Shown: positions 44,304 to 57,700 of the stretch, piece after piece
Layout of the letters: each line of letters begins with the position of its first letter
Position numbering within the stretch: the stretch's first letter is position 1
Source: the human T2T-CHM13v2.0 reference genome, Homo sapiens
DNA: 64,000 bases
Assembly (NCBI RefSeq): GCF_009914755.1
Contig: NC_060930.1
Reading direction: 5' to 3' (one strand)
Program-made: the position numbers and the translations under genes
The notes under the pieces: model-generated
What the model saw: the letters and a program-made list of their open reading frames with translations, nothing else
What the model was told of the DNA's origin: nothing
Databases searched by the model: none

Positions 44304-45739
44304 CAAACAAAACAAAGACTAAGTAGGAGAAAATTAAAACTAGCAGTCACTTAGCTTATTCACATTGGGAGGAAGATAATATATATACTTCTCGCCAGAG
44401 CTACAAGCAATATTACTGATGTTAGTTTCTTTTTATAAAACTTAACATTTAAGAAGGCTATCAAATCAAAAGCATAAAACTGAAGGACTGTTCTACAGAA
44501 ATATTCAATCAATTAAAAAAAAAAAAGATGAAAAATACCATTCCTCAAAAATCCTGATGGTCATCCATTTTTCCTCTCTCTCTCTGCTGAATTAAGCTTT
44601 TATATTGGTCTTGCAAATTTTAAAACACCTGGAAAAAATGTTATTTTTTTTTTAATTTCAGAGCTCTCTAAAATGCATAAGATACCAAGTTAATTTGTAT
44701 TCTTTGTTACTCACATGGACAAACTGCAGGAAAAAGTGATAACTTTAAAGGATTTACCTATTCTTCCACTTAAGCTTTACGAGAGGTAAAAACTCAAGGC
44801 AAAATAATTCTTATGCCACAAATAACATGTCTAAAATCCCCCACGGGAGACATGGAGGACATATAAGGAGAGTGTAGGGACTGCTACTCAGGCTCAATTC
44901 AGCTGGCTAGGACCCTCATGCAGGAAACCGATGAAATGGTCTCCACATGCATACACTATTCACCTCCTGGTCTTTAACATCTAAGAAGCCAAGGGAGAGC
45001 AGAGTTACAGCATTTCAAATAAATGTCGGATTGTGACAGCACATAGAAGACAGACTGTAAGCTTGTCTTTGGAAGGAAAAGCAAATGGCTGAAAATCACT
45101 ACAGAAGGGAACCCACTCTTCACAAAATTTTCCATCTGTCAACAGTATTATTCAAATCAGTACTACAAGTGATCATGTAATAATTGTATTGTTTTAATCA
45201 GAGGCTTTCAAGGTATGTAACAGAAAACACATTCAAATATAGACCCATATGAATTAATCTCTTCATACGTAATATGTTAAACATCTCTGTAAGACAAAAC
45301 AGGAGAAAAATAAAAATGAACAAGTAGTAATTACTGGTAGGCTGCCAAAAGCAGGTTTTCAGTAAGTGACCTGTATCTTCAAACTCATCTGCCTTATGAG
45401 CCAGGTCAAATTAAGAGAATCAGCCCTTGAAAATTCATCATGAACACAGAAGTAGGTGGGCCCAGTGGGCTAGCCTCTGCGTCAGGGCTGAGCAGTGCCA
45501 GTCCTGGAGGAAGTTCATCCTTCATCCTGTCCATAAACACACATCTTGGCAGAAGGTTTCTACCCAGGGAAATCTGTGGTTTCAGTGAATCATAAAAGCA
45601 ATAAAATCCAAATTCCTGGACAATTTTGACCTGGACAGTAACTGTCTGAAAATTAACTGAGAGAAGACATTTACTCCTTTACCCTACAAAGTAAGTGCCA
45701 CAGTCTTAGAAAATTGGCATCAATAACAGTAATCAATAT

Positions 45740-46670
45740 ATATTTAGACTGCAATTACTTCTCTCCGTGTTCACCACTACCACTTTCACCTCTCTGAGCC
45801 AACACAATAGCCTCCTACTTGGTCACTGTCCTATGTTTATCCCCTGTGCACAGCATCCAGAAAGCTCTTTTAAAGTATAAATCATCAACGAGTAAATTTT
45901 CAAATATTTTCTAATGGGCCATAAAACATAATGCTTTATGATGCACATTAATGATATGGTTATTTTAAGTTATGTACTAAAATCATTTTTAAAAATATGC
46001 AACCCACTGCATCTCCTTACTGCCTGCATCTGGGGCAGACTGCTCCCTGACCAAACTCTACATGCAGGCAACCATAAATAATGTGAGTAACAAAATACCT
46101 CTTCCCCTAGAAGCAGATTCCTACCAGGCCCACTCCACCCCCTTGGAAAGTTATTGCTGCATTTCTCTGAGATCTCACTGTCTACCTTACTAACTTACTA
46201 AGTTACTACCTACCTTACTTACTAAGCTCTAAGTCATGCTATTTTTCTTTTCGGTCCCTAGTAAATACCAAACTTGCTCCCATTTCAGTTTTAGCAGCCT
46301 AGAATCCCCACTTTCCTAATCTTTACATAACTGCTTCTCATCATTCAAGTCTCAATAGTGTTACCCCCTCAGAAAGATTTCTTTCATAATCCTAGGTAAG
46401 ACAGTCCCACTTTCCAATCATTCCCTATACCATCACTCTATTTTATTCTAAATACTTATCGTTACTTCAAATTATGCAATTTACATGTTTAAGTATGTAC
46501 TGTCGCTCTCCCTCAACCAAAATTTAAGTCCCATGAGGGCAAAGACTTTATCTTCAGCCCTAGAAAGTTCTACGTACTTCAGCCCTAGAAAGTTAATGTA
46601 CTATGAGTATGCACATAGTACATACTCAACGAATGTTTGTTAATCACTAATAGCTAAATGAATGACTAGG
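45740..46670 (-). mobile_element. L2 fragments
   Basis: caatagcctcctacttggtc, aagtcccatgagggcaaagac, actcaacgaatgtttgtt. Confidence 0.55.
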
Positions 46671-48671
46671 CAATGGAGACAATAAAAACAAGGGAATAGC
46701 AAACAAAGTGTGGCATAGTGGAAAAAGTAGACAGTCTGGAGCCACACTGCCTGGGTTTGTTTCCCAGCTTTGTCATTTATTTAATAGTTGTGTGAGTTTT
46801 AGCAAGACACTTACTGTGCCTGACACAAATTAAGTGCTACATAAGTGTTTCCTATTATCATTATCTTTTAGGCTGCCTCAGATTCAACAAGAGAAGGCAC
46901 TGAGCTTCTAGATTCTACCAGGTAAGAAGTGTCAGGACCAGTATGGAAAAGTGGCCCTGCCAAAACCCCATCATTACAGAACTGCTGGACTGTTCAGTCT
47001 GGCTCAGAGCCAGGGAGTCTGCATCACTCACATCAAATTCTATGTGAATGTTGCCTGTTGGAGTTATGCAATTGAGCAGCCTTTGCTAGCCATAATTGGG
47101 AGAATAAAAGCCCTAACACAGTATAGCTGCAATATTTACAACCAAATACCCTCTATGTCCCTTTTGCTTCCTCCAACTTTTTCAACCACCATATAAGGTT
47201 CTATCTTCTCACCCTGTGGGCACAATTTAGTTGCCATTTACCTCCCATCAATTTCACTGCATTCATCTCCAGCCATATCATGTAACGGTGGGAATAAGAA
47301 TGGTGGTCCAAGAACATCTGGGCCAACATCTGAGGAGTCCTCCAGTCTTGACAAGCAAGTCTGAGTTCCAACTCTATCGCTTAAGACCTAGATAACCATT
47401 CCTTTCCAACCCCTTCTTCTTCTAACATGTCTTAATATAGTAGGGGAGAGGACATAAGCATGATGGGGGAAGGGGTTCTTGTTAATCTGAAAAGATGAGA
47501 GGTTCACAATTGCTACACCTTATTACAGCATAGCTTTATAAATGGAGTCAGTAAAAACTAGCTACCTCATGAAAACTCTGTAAATCGTTAAAAACTACTG
47601 CTTGGAAATTTAAAGAAAATTAATCTTATTAAGTATTGAGAAAAGCAGACTGTAAATTCCAATTTCAACATCACCAGCCAATAAACCATGACTGTAAGTT
47701 ACAACATCTTTAAACGTATTCCAAGAGTCAATCCCAGTAACTGCCTTCATTTTTAAGTAGACAGGATTCAATTATCGTATTCTAACCAATTAAGAATAAT
47801 TTATTTCAAATGTATTTTTAAGCCAGGTAATAAAAAAGATTCAAAACTCAAAAATTTCATAATGTAAAAAACAAATTATTCTGTTGTTCTATGTGCTTAT
47901 ATTAAAATTTCTAATAATAATGATCTTCAACTATACTCCCATTTTCCCTTCATCCATGACAATCTTTAAAGCAGCTTGTCAAAAAGAGATTTACAGAGCT
48001 ACAGCACAGTGGTAGGCCAGGACTAATTATCTAAATGTATTCCTGTTACAATCATCTATAGATTTATAACCAATAACCTCCTGTTCTATTACTTTTTAAA
48101 ACTACTGTATATTAAGAAAATGTTATTTCTCTTGGCCGAAATTAGTTTATTACTTTCCTAGATGCAGAGGGCCAGAAACAAATTTAATATGCAATTGAGT
48201 TCATTTTTACTTCACTCAGAAAGCAAGCCAAAGTCATAAGGTAAAAACAAAAATATTTTAATTTTTGAAAGACTGACAAAAAGATACCCCCATTATGTTC
48301 ACTGTAATCTTTCCAACATTTATTATGTAGGTAATTCTCTCTTTAATACAAATCCTTTAATGCTTCTGGAGAGAAAGTGTAAAGTAGAAAACACTATTAA
48401 TCTGTTAATGATTATCCACTGACAAATAACACAAGCTTTCAAAACAAAGGGGCCACCAATGGTCACTGGAGATGCAGTATGCAATGCAACATTTCTTAAC
48501 TTTTGCTTCTCACCAGGATAGGATCATCTGAAGAGCTTTTAAAAAATACTAATGTGCAGGACCCACTCCAGACCAATTACCTGATTTCCCTGGCATCTGT
48601 ACTTTTGAAAGCTCCCCAGATGATTCTAATATATAGCCAGCGTTAACAACCTCCAGATGTAACAAAAAACA

Positions 48672-49727
48672 TAGTCATGCTTCATTTAACGATGAGGATA
48701 GATTCTGAGAAATACATCAGGCAATTTCATCATGCGAACATCATAGAATGTACTTAGAAAACCTAGAGAGTACAGATTACTACACAACTAGGCTATATGG
48801 TATAACCTATTGCTCCTAGGCTATAAACCTATATGGTATGTGCAAACCAGGAAAAGGTACAGTAAAAATACCATATAAAATATTTTTAAAAGGCACCCCT
48901 GTATAGTGCACGTACCATCAATGGAGCTTGCAGGGCTGACTCTGGGTGAGTCAACAAGTGAGTGATGAGTGAATGTGAAGGCCTAGGACATTACTATACT
49001 CTACTGTAGACTTTGTAAACACTGTACATTTAAGTTACATTGAATTTATTTAAAAATTAACTTAAGCTTACTATAGCTTTTTCACTTTATAAACATTTTC
49101 AACTTTTGAGTCTTTTGTAATAACACTTAGCTTAAAACAAACACGTACAGCCGCATAAAAACATTTTTTATATCCTTATTCTATGAAACTTATTTAAAAA
49201 TTTATTTTTTTAACTTAAGACTTTTTGTTAAAAACTAAGACACAAATACACACATTAGCCTAGGCCTACAAAGTGGGAGGATCATCAATATCACTGTCTT
49301 CCACCTCCACATCTTGTCCCACTGCAAAGTCTTTAGGGGCAATAACATGAGTGAAGCTGTCATCTCCAATGAAAACGATGCCTTCCAGAATACCTCTTGA
49401 AGGACCTTCCTATTTTACAGCTAACTTTTTCTAATAAGTAGAAGGTGAACACTCTAAAATAATGAAAAAAGTAAATAGTAACATAGTCGTTTATCATTAT
49501 CAATTACTGTACATAATTATATGTGCTAGACATTTATCCAACTGGCAGCACATTTGTTTATGACAGTATCACCACAAATCTATGAGTAATGCATTGTGCT
49601 ATGATGGTACAAGGGCTATCAGGTTACTAGGCCATAAGAATTTTTCAGTTCCATTATAATCTTAAGGGACCACTATCATACATGCAGTCCACTGTTGACT
49701 GAAACATCATAATGCAGAGCATGATTG
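48672..49727 (-). mobile_element. Tigger3/MER7B-like DNA transposon
   Basis: Degenerate TIRs (t)agtcatgc...aacgatg and catcataatgcagagcatgattg followed by TA; interior tagcctaggcctac. Confidence 0.8.
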
Positions 49728-50354
49728 TACATTCACTTCAGAATCAGGGATCTAGGTTCAAATTCTGGTTCCACCTCTTGGTAGTTCTGTGAACTCATTT
49801 CCTCATTTGCAAAGATGGTAATATTTATCTAATTCTTGTGAGGAATCACTCTAGGCCTGGGATATCACAGGAATTTAGTAAGCCTAATAAGCTCCTCCAT
49901 TCTATTTCAAATCTACCTAATCTGTACATGGTAGCTACATGGAAAATACCTCTATAAAGAAGTTCCCAATTTGCAAACAGTTCATATTGTGAATCTGGAG
50001 TTTAATTAAAACAGGAGATAGAAAAAACAGCATGCTCAAACAAGTTTTTATTTTGTAGGACCTGTGTAGAGTGAAATCTATCAAACCCCTTGCTCCCATT
50101 ATGCACTTAATTGAGTAACAGGAGCTGTAGAGAATTAAAAAGCAAAAACCAAAATAAAACAAGTACACAAGAGATTGTTCCTTTCACTTAACATGTAGTT
50201 GGGGAAGCCAAATTGACACAAGTTATCACAATTTCTAATAAGTCTGATGAATCCTTTATTTTGCACTTGTAATGCTTGATGGCTCAAGTCCTTCCCACCC
50301 ACCCCCACTCCCCATCTCCTCAAACGGCAGAGATGACCAAGTAATACAACATAG

Positions 50355-50550
50355 GTAGATCCCGTCTCTAACAAAAAAAAAAAATTAGCCAAGCATTGGT
50401 GGTGTATGCCAGTAGTACCAGCTACTTGGGAGACTGATATGGGAAGACTGATTGCCTGAACCCAGGAGGTCAAGGCTGCAGTGAGCCATGACCTTACCAC
50501 TGCATCTTAGCCTGGGTGACAGAGCAAGGAGGCCCTGAATAAAAAAAAAA
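50355..50550 (+). mobile_element. AluJ right arm
   Basis: aaaattagcc...gctgcagtgagcc...A-tail. Confidence 0.8.
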
Positions 50551-51997
50551 GGCTAGTCAAAAGTGCTATTAAAAACAAACAATACTAGAGTGAGAAATAG
50601 GGAAAAGCTGTTGGTTCTCATTACAGTGGGACCAGTGATGACTTTTATCAATAACTTATACACTTGTAAAGAATTTAGCAATTTAAAAAACCCTAGGATT
50701 TTATATTGTTTAATTTTCACACAACTTACTGATATAGCTCTCCTCATTGTAGAGAGGAGAAAATTGCAGCTCAAAGCAGCTACATGACATGCCCAGGGTC
50801 ATCAGGCTAGTAGCTGCTAGTGGGTGATACCATGACACAGAAGATTTTTAGTTACATTTCTATAAATAAAACAGCTTGTTTGCTAACATTCAATGTTCAG
50901 CCAATTCAGGATAACTTATGACTGAGATCTGGGAAACTATTAATGAATGGCATGTTCATATTATCAAAAATTCCAGGGTTCTATGCTTCAAAAATTATGG
51001 TAACATCTGGTATAGTAATTCAACAAATCTCATCTCCTGTAGTATTTAGAGATGACAGAACAGCACAGCTAGCAGTAGCTGCTACTACAGAAATAAATAT
51101 TACTTGTTTCAACATGTTCATTAAGCCATAATTCTTCAATGAGTACATGAAGAAAGGCATTGTGATAATCAATTGAAAATATTACTCAGTTAGTAACTAT
51201 TCTTTAAAAGAAGACAAGGACAATAATGAGTGAAACTGAAAAATCTCATCTTAGTTCAACTTTTAGCTACTGGACTGTTCAAGAAGTATTTTCCTCAAAA
51301 CTGTTATATAACAACTAATTCACTGCAAAACAAGTTGGCTGAAAATTATATATATTTCTCAAAACATATGGCCCACCCAGAATTTTACAAATTATACTTT
51401 ATTACCTATAATTGGCTTATTGTGGACTAAATATTATTGTTTTAAATGTATCCCATAACTTTTAGGGATACGTGATATACATAGTGTATCCTGTTAGGTC
51501 CAAAACTTCAATCAGGATTTCCAGGAATCCTAACAGTAAAAATAAGAATAAAGTTATTAAAATTTGAAATTATCCTCCCAGTGTTTCTCAAATTTTTTCA
51601 TTTACAGCTCAGATATCTGAATTGCATTACTCTACTGAGTACTAACACCTGAAAATAAATAATGCTAAAAATACTGGTGAGAATGAGCTGTATTATAATT
51701 GTAAAGCATTTCCCCTTTCAACAAGTCCATGAAGTTGTTTTCCTTCTCTTCTCACTTCCTATATTTCCCTTCATCACCTTGTCTCTTCTGCTCCTTTCTT
51801 ACATTCTAGGTAGACAAATATTAATCCTTTTTCATCTTTCAAAAAATATGTAAAAGAGTTATAGAGTTTTTTAAATCTTACATAAAAATAATGACTTTTA
51901 AATACATGAAAAGTACATGCAGGTTAAAATACCTGTGGGACAAAATCTAAGCATTAACAAAAACAAGAAGATAGTTTAAGAAAAAATAGTTGCAAAA

Positions 51998-52437
51998 GCA
52001 CTATTCACGGTAGCAAAGAGTTGGAACCCAAATGTCTATCAATGATAGACTGGATTAAGACAATGTGGCACATACAAACCATGGAATACTATGCAGCCAT
52101 AAAAAGGATGTGTTCATGTCCTTTGCAGGGACATGGATGAAGCTGGAAACCATCATTCTCAGCAAACTATCACAAGCACAGAAAACCAGACACTGCATGT
52201 TCTCACTCATAGGGGGGAACTGAAAAATCAGACACTTGGACACAGGGCAGGGAACATCACACACTGAGGCCTGTCGGTGGGTGGGGGCCTGGGGGAAGGG
52301 ATAGCATTAGGAGAAATATCCAATGTAAATGACAAGTTTATGGGTGCAGCAAACCAACATGGCACATGTATACTTATGTAACAAACCTGCACGTTGTGCA
52401 CATGTACCCTAGAACTTAAAGTATAATTTTTTAAAAA
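51998..52437 (+). mobile_element. 5'-truncated L1PA 3' end
   Basis: Primate L1 3'UTR through gtaccctagaacttaaagtataat; imperfect TSD AAGAAAAAATAG...CAAAA. Confidence 0.9.
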
Positions 52438-53999
52438 AGAAAAAATAGCCACAAAATCTTGACATTCTGAGTGTGGCTTGGAATTTGAAATTTAACTACA
52501 ATTAGAATTATGAAAATTAACTCCAATTTGAAATGCTGTTTGGGATACTTTTATATCCTTCTAACGGGAAAGAGAGAAATACACTAAATGTAAAAGAGCT
52601 CCAGGAACTTAAGCATAGTCTGGATACTAAAGGGATACTGTGCGAAGAAATGCTTCTTAAGTAGAAAAGCACTTTGAAGACGATAATCAGGACTAAACAT
52701 GCTTTATTTTAGATGAACAAACGTGTTCATTTTACCCCTCTTTTTCATAAGTTGCTTATTTTTTCCAGTGTTTGGGTAAAAACCTTGCAATTCTCTGAAT
52801 GCTAATTAAAATACCAGTGGCACAGATAGTTTTAGTCTTAAATGTGATTTTCACATAAAAGGATTCTGAACGTTACATAGCTTCTAAAGTAGTAAAAGAG
52901 AAACAGTATCCAATGAGTAACAAGAAACTAGCACTGCAACAGAACTGCACTGACTTTCTTGATTCAGGAGATGACATTATTAATATACAGAATTTTAACA
53001 GCCAGAATTCATCACTATAGCCACTAATCAGAACTGGTCTATACAGGCCAAGTTCAAGAACATAAAATGTCACAGGGGTCAGGTGTGGGGGCTTGACATT
53101 CTCAATACAAATGATTTCCAGGCTTTTGTTTAAAAGCATGTGACACCTGGAAATGCGTAATACATGAACCAGCATTAACTACTGATTGTTGAGTTAAAAT
53201 GTGTATCTAGCCATCCATACCCTAGAAAGGTAATAAAGGAATGGAACAGAGACTAGGCAAGTTTAAATTAGAGTTAAAGAGTGGGAAAGAAGAGTTGTTA
53301 AAATATGCAGAGATAGATCAAGTGAGCTAGAGCTGAAAGGAAAATACACAGAACACACATTATTTCAAAAAATGTAAGCAGAATGTCTTACTGCAACGAC
53401 AGCATACTATTGATTCATTTGTCATTTAGTAGTCACCTCAGAAAAAGTAAATAATCACCATCATCCAGAAACAGTTATGGTTAAGTTTGCAATGAGAAGT
53501 TTACATAGTTCACCAGGCAAAACAGTTCACACCTACAATCCCAGCTAAATCCCTTTGTTTAAAAAAGAATATAGTTACACATGCAGCCAAATAAGTCATT
53601 ATGACAACAGGACATACTAGTTCTCAAGGGAAGAATTGCTGGAATAGATGAGAAACTTCATAAATGGGTTAGCCCACACTGTGAACTTTGAAACATATCT
53701 GGCACAGCTGTTGTGATGGCAGTGATAATTCACGTGAAGTACCCAGAACAGAACTTGGAATGAGTTAAAATGCACTCAACAAGTGGTCACTGCTACTTTA
53801 AATGAGAAGCAGTTTTACCTATTAACTCCACATCATTTCCCTCTAGAGTAGTGGTTCTCCTAAGAGTATGGTGGTAATTAGGGTGATAATGGTAGAGATG
53901 AAAAGTCAATAAATAGGGGTTTATTTTGGAGGTAGTATTGACAGAGCCTATTGTTAGGCTGGATGTAGAAGTTGGGTTGAAAAAAATGAAACAATTATT

Positions 54000-54160
54000 A
54001 CCGGGGGAGCGGGCAGTGTGCTACTGGCATCTAGTCTGTAGAGGCCAGAAGTGCTGCTAAAGATTACACAATGCACAGGACAGCCCCAACCCTCACAGCC
54101 ACATCAAAGAATTATCCAGTCCAAAAAAGTCAACAGTGCAGAGGTTGGGAAACCCTGCTC
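54000..54160. mobile_element. MER20-like DNA transposon
   Basis: gctactggcatctagt...gaggccag...tgcacaggacagcccc...aaagaattatccag...gaaaccctg. Confidence 0.78.
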
Positions 54161-54262
54161 CACAGGAGTGGTTCCCAAACTTTAGTGAGTCAAAACCTTC
54201 TGGAAGACTTGCTGAAACAGGCTGCTGGGACTTACCCAGAGTTTCTGATTCAGCTGATCTAG

Positions 54263-54533
<271 letters not shown>

Positions 54534-54725
54534 GGTCTAGGGTATATTTCTAATCAGTTCCCAAGTAACACTAATGCTTTTGGCACACTTTGGGAAACAC
54601 TGATCTACAGAAAGGTGGTAAGAAGCTAACAGACAAAACAAAAAAGGATTAGAAAAGTAAGTACATCTAAAGTTTTCCATTCTCTTAAAGAAAATCATAA
54701 AGTTCTTAAAAAGTTTTCCATTCTC

Positions 54726-57700
54726 GAGTTGATAAGATGGCTGAATAGGAAAAGTTCCGGTCTGCAGCTCCCAGCGAGACAAACACAGAAGGCGGCAGGT
54801 GATTTCTGCATTTCCAACTGAGGTACCCAGGTCATCTTGTTGGGACCGGTTAGGCAGTGGATCCAACCCATGGAGGGTGACCAGAAGCAGGGTGGGGCAT
54901 TCCTTCACCCAGGATGTGCAAGAAGCCAGGGAGCCTCCCTCCCCCAGCCAAGGGAAGCCATGAGGTACTGTGCTACCCGGCTGGGTTACTACACTTTTCC
55001 CATGGTTTCTGCAATCTGCAGATCAGGAGATTCCCTCATGTAGCCTACACCACCAGGGCCCTGGGTTTCAAGCACAAAACTGGGCAGCCATTTGGGCAGA
55101 CACCGAGCTAGCTGCAGGAGTCTTTTTCGTACTTCAGTGGCGCCTGGAACCCCAGAGAGACAGAACCATTCATTCCCCTGGAAAGGGTGCTGAAGCCACA
55201 GAGTCAAGTGGTCTCGCTCAGTGGGTCCCACTCCTACGGAGCCCAGCAAGCTAAGAACCACTGGCTTGAAACTCTCACTGCCAGCACAGCAGTCTAAAGT
55301 CGACCTGGAATGATCAAGCTTGGTGCGGGGAGGGGCATCTGACATTACTGAGGCTTTACTAGGCAGTTTTCCTCTGACAGTGCTAAGGAGTCTGGGAGGT
55401 CTGGACTGAGCGGAATTCACCACAGTCCAACAAAGTGGCTGTGGCCAGAGTCCTTCTCTAGATTCCTCCTCATTGGGCAGGGCATCTCTGAAGGAAAGGT
55501 AATGGCCCCACTCATGGGCTAACAGACAAAACCCCCATCTCCCTGGGACACAGCACCTGGGGGAAGGGGCGGCTGTGGGTGCAGCTCCAGCGGATTTAAT
55601 CATTCCTGCCTGCTGACTCTGAAGAGAGGAGCTGATCCTGACAAGACGGATTCTCCCAGCACAGAACACCAGCTCTGCTAAGGGACCGACTGCCTCAAGT
55701 GGGTCTCTGATCCCCATGCCTCCTGACTGGGAGAGACCTCCCAACAGGGGTCAGCAGACACCTCAAACAAGAGAGCTCTGGCTGGCATCAGGCCGGTGCC
55801 CCTCTGGGACGAAGCTTCCAGAGGAAGTAGCAGGCAGCAATCTTTGCTGTTCTACAGCCTCCACTGGTGATACCCAGGCGAACAGGGTCTAGAGTGGACT
55901 TCCAGCAAACTGCAGCAGACCTGCAGAAGAGGGGCCCTAACAAAAAGAAAATACAACATCAACATCAACATAAAGGACCCCCACAAAAAAACTCCATCCA
56001 AAGGTCATTAGCCTCCAAGATCAAAGGTAGATAAATCCACAAAGATGGAAAAAAAAAAAAAAAACAGCGCAAAAATGCTGAAGATTCAAAAAACCAGAAT
56101 GCCTCTTCTCCAAATGATCTCAATTCCTCTCCAGCAAGGGCACAAAACTGGATGAAGAATGAAGTTGATGAATTGACAGAAGGCGGCTTCAGAAGGTGGG
56201 TAATAACAAACTCTTCTGAGCTAAAGGAGCATGTTCTAACCCAATGCAAGGAAGCTAAGAATCTTGATAAAAGGTTATAGGAAATGCTAACTAGAATAAC
56301 CCGTTTTGAGAGGAACACAAATGACCTGATGGAGCTGAAAAACACAGCACAAGAACTTTGTGAAGCATATACAAGTATCAATAGCCAAACTGATCAAGTG
56401 GAAGAAAGGATATCAGAGATTGAAGATCAACTTACTGAAAAAAAGTATGAACACAAGATTAGAGAAAAAAGAATAAAAAGGAACGAATGAAGCCTCCAAG
56501 AAATATGGGACTATGTGAAAAGACCAAACTTACAATCGGTGTACCTGAAAATGATGGGGAAAATGGAACCAAGTTGGAAAACACACTTCGGGGTATTATC
56601 CAGGAGAACTTCCCCCACCAAGCAAGACAGGCCAACATTCAAATTCAGGAAATACAGAGAACACCACTAAGATACTCCTAAAGAAGAGCAACCCCAAGAC
56701 ACATAATCATCAGATTCTCTAAGGTTGAAATGAAGGAAAAAATGTTAAGGGCAGCCAGAGAGAAAGGTTAGGTTTCCTACAAGGGGAAGCCCATCAGACT
56801 AACAGCGGATCTCTCTGCAGAAACCCTACAAGCCAGAAGACAGTGGGAGCCAATATATTCAACATTCTTAAAGAAAAGAATTTTCAACCCAGAATTTCAT
56901 ATCCAGCCAAACTAAGCTTCATAAGCGAAGGAGAAATAGAATCCTTTAGAGACAAGCAAATGCTAAGGGATTTTGTCATCACCAGGCCTGCCCTACAAGA
57001 GCTCCTGAAGGAAGCACTACATATAGAAAGGAAAAACCAGTACCAGCCACTGCAAAAAACACACCAAAATATAAAGACCAACACTATGAAAAAACTGCAT
57101 CAACTAATGGGCAAAAAAACCAGCTAGTATCATGATGGCAGGATCAAATTCACACATAACAATATTAACCTTAAATGTAAATGGGATAAATGCTCCAATT
57201 AAAAGACACAGACTGGCAAACTGGATAAAGCGTCAAGACCCATCAGTGTGCTGTATTCAGGAGACCCATCTCACATGCAAAGACACACATAGGTTCAAAA
57301 TAAAGAGATTGAGGAATATTTACCAAGCAAATGGAAAGCAAAAAAAAAAAAAAAAAAAGCAGGGGTTGCAATCCTAGTCCCTGATAAAACAGACTTTAAA
57401 CCAACAAAGATCAAAAAAGACAAAGAAGGGCATGACATAATGGTAAAGGGATCAATGCAACAACAAGAGCTAACTATCCTAAATATATGTGCACCCAATA
57501 CAGGAGCATCCAGATTCATAAAACAAGTTCTTCAAGATCTACGAAGAGACTTGAACTCCCACACAATAATAGTGGGGGATTTTAACCCCCCACTGTCAAT
57601 ATTACACAGATCAACGAGACATAAAATTAACAAGGATATTCAGGACTTGAACTCAGCTCTGGACCAAGTGGACCTAATAGACATCAACAGAACTCTCCAT

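Noticed and set aside
44539-44628. Possible 90-nt minus-strand cryptic exon (ttttttccag|GTG...ATG|gtattt)
   Set aside because: Short pyrimidine tract, weak donor and an in-frame stop; expected by chance in a long intron.
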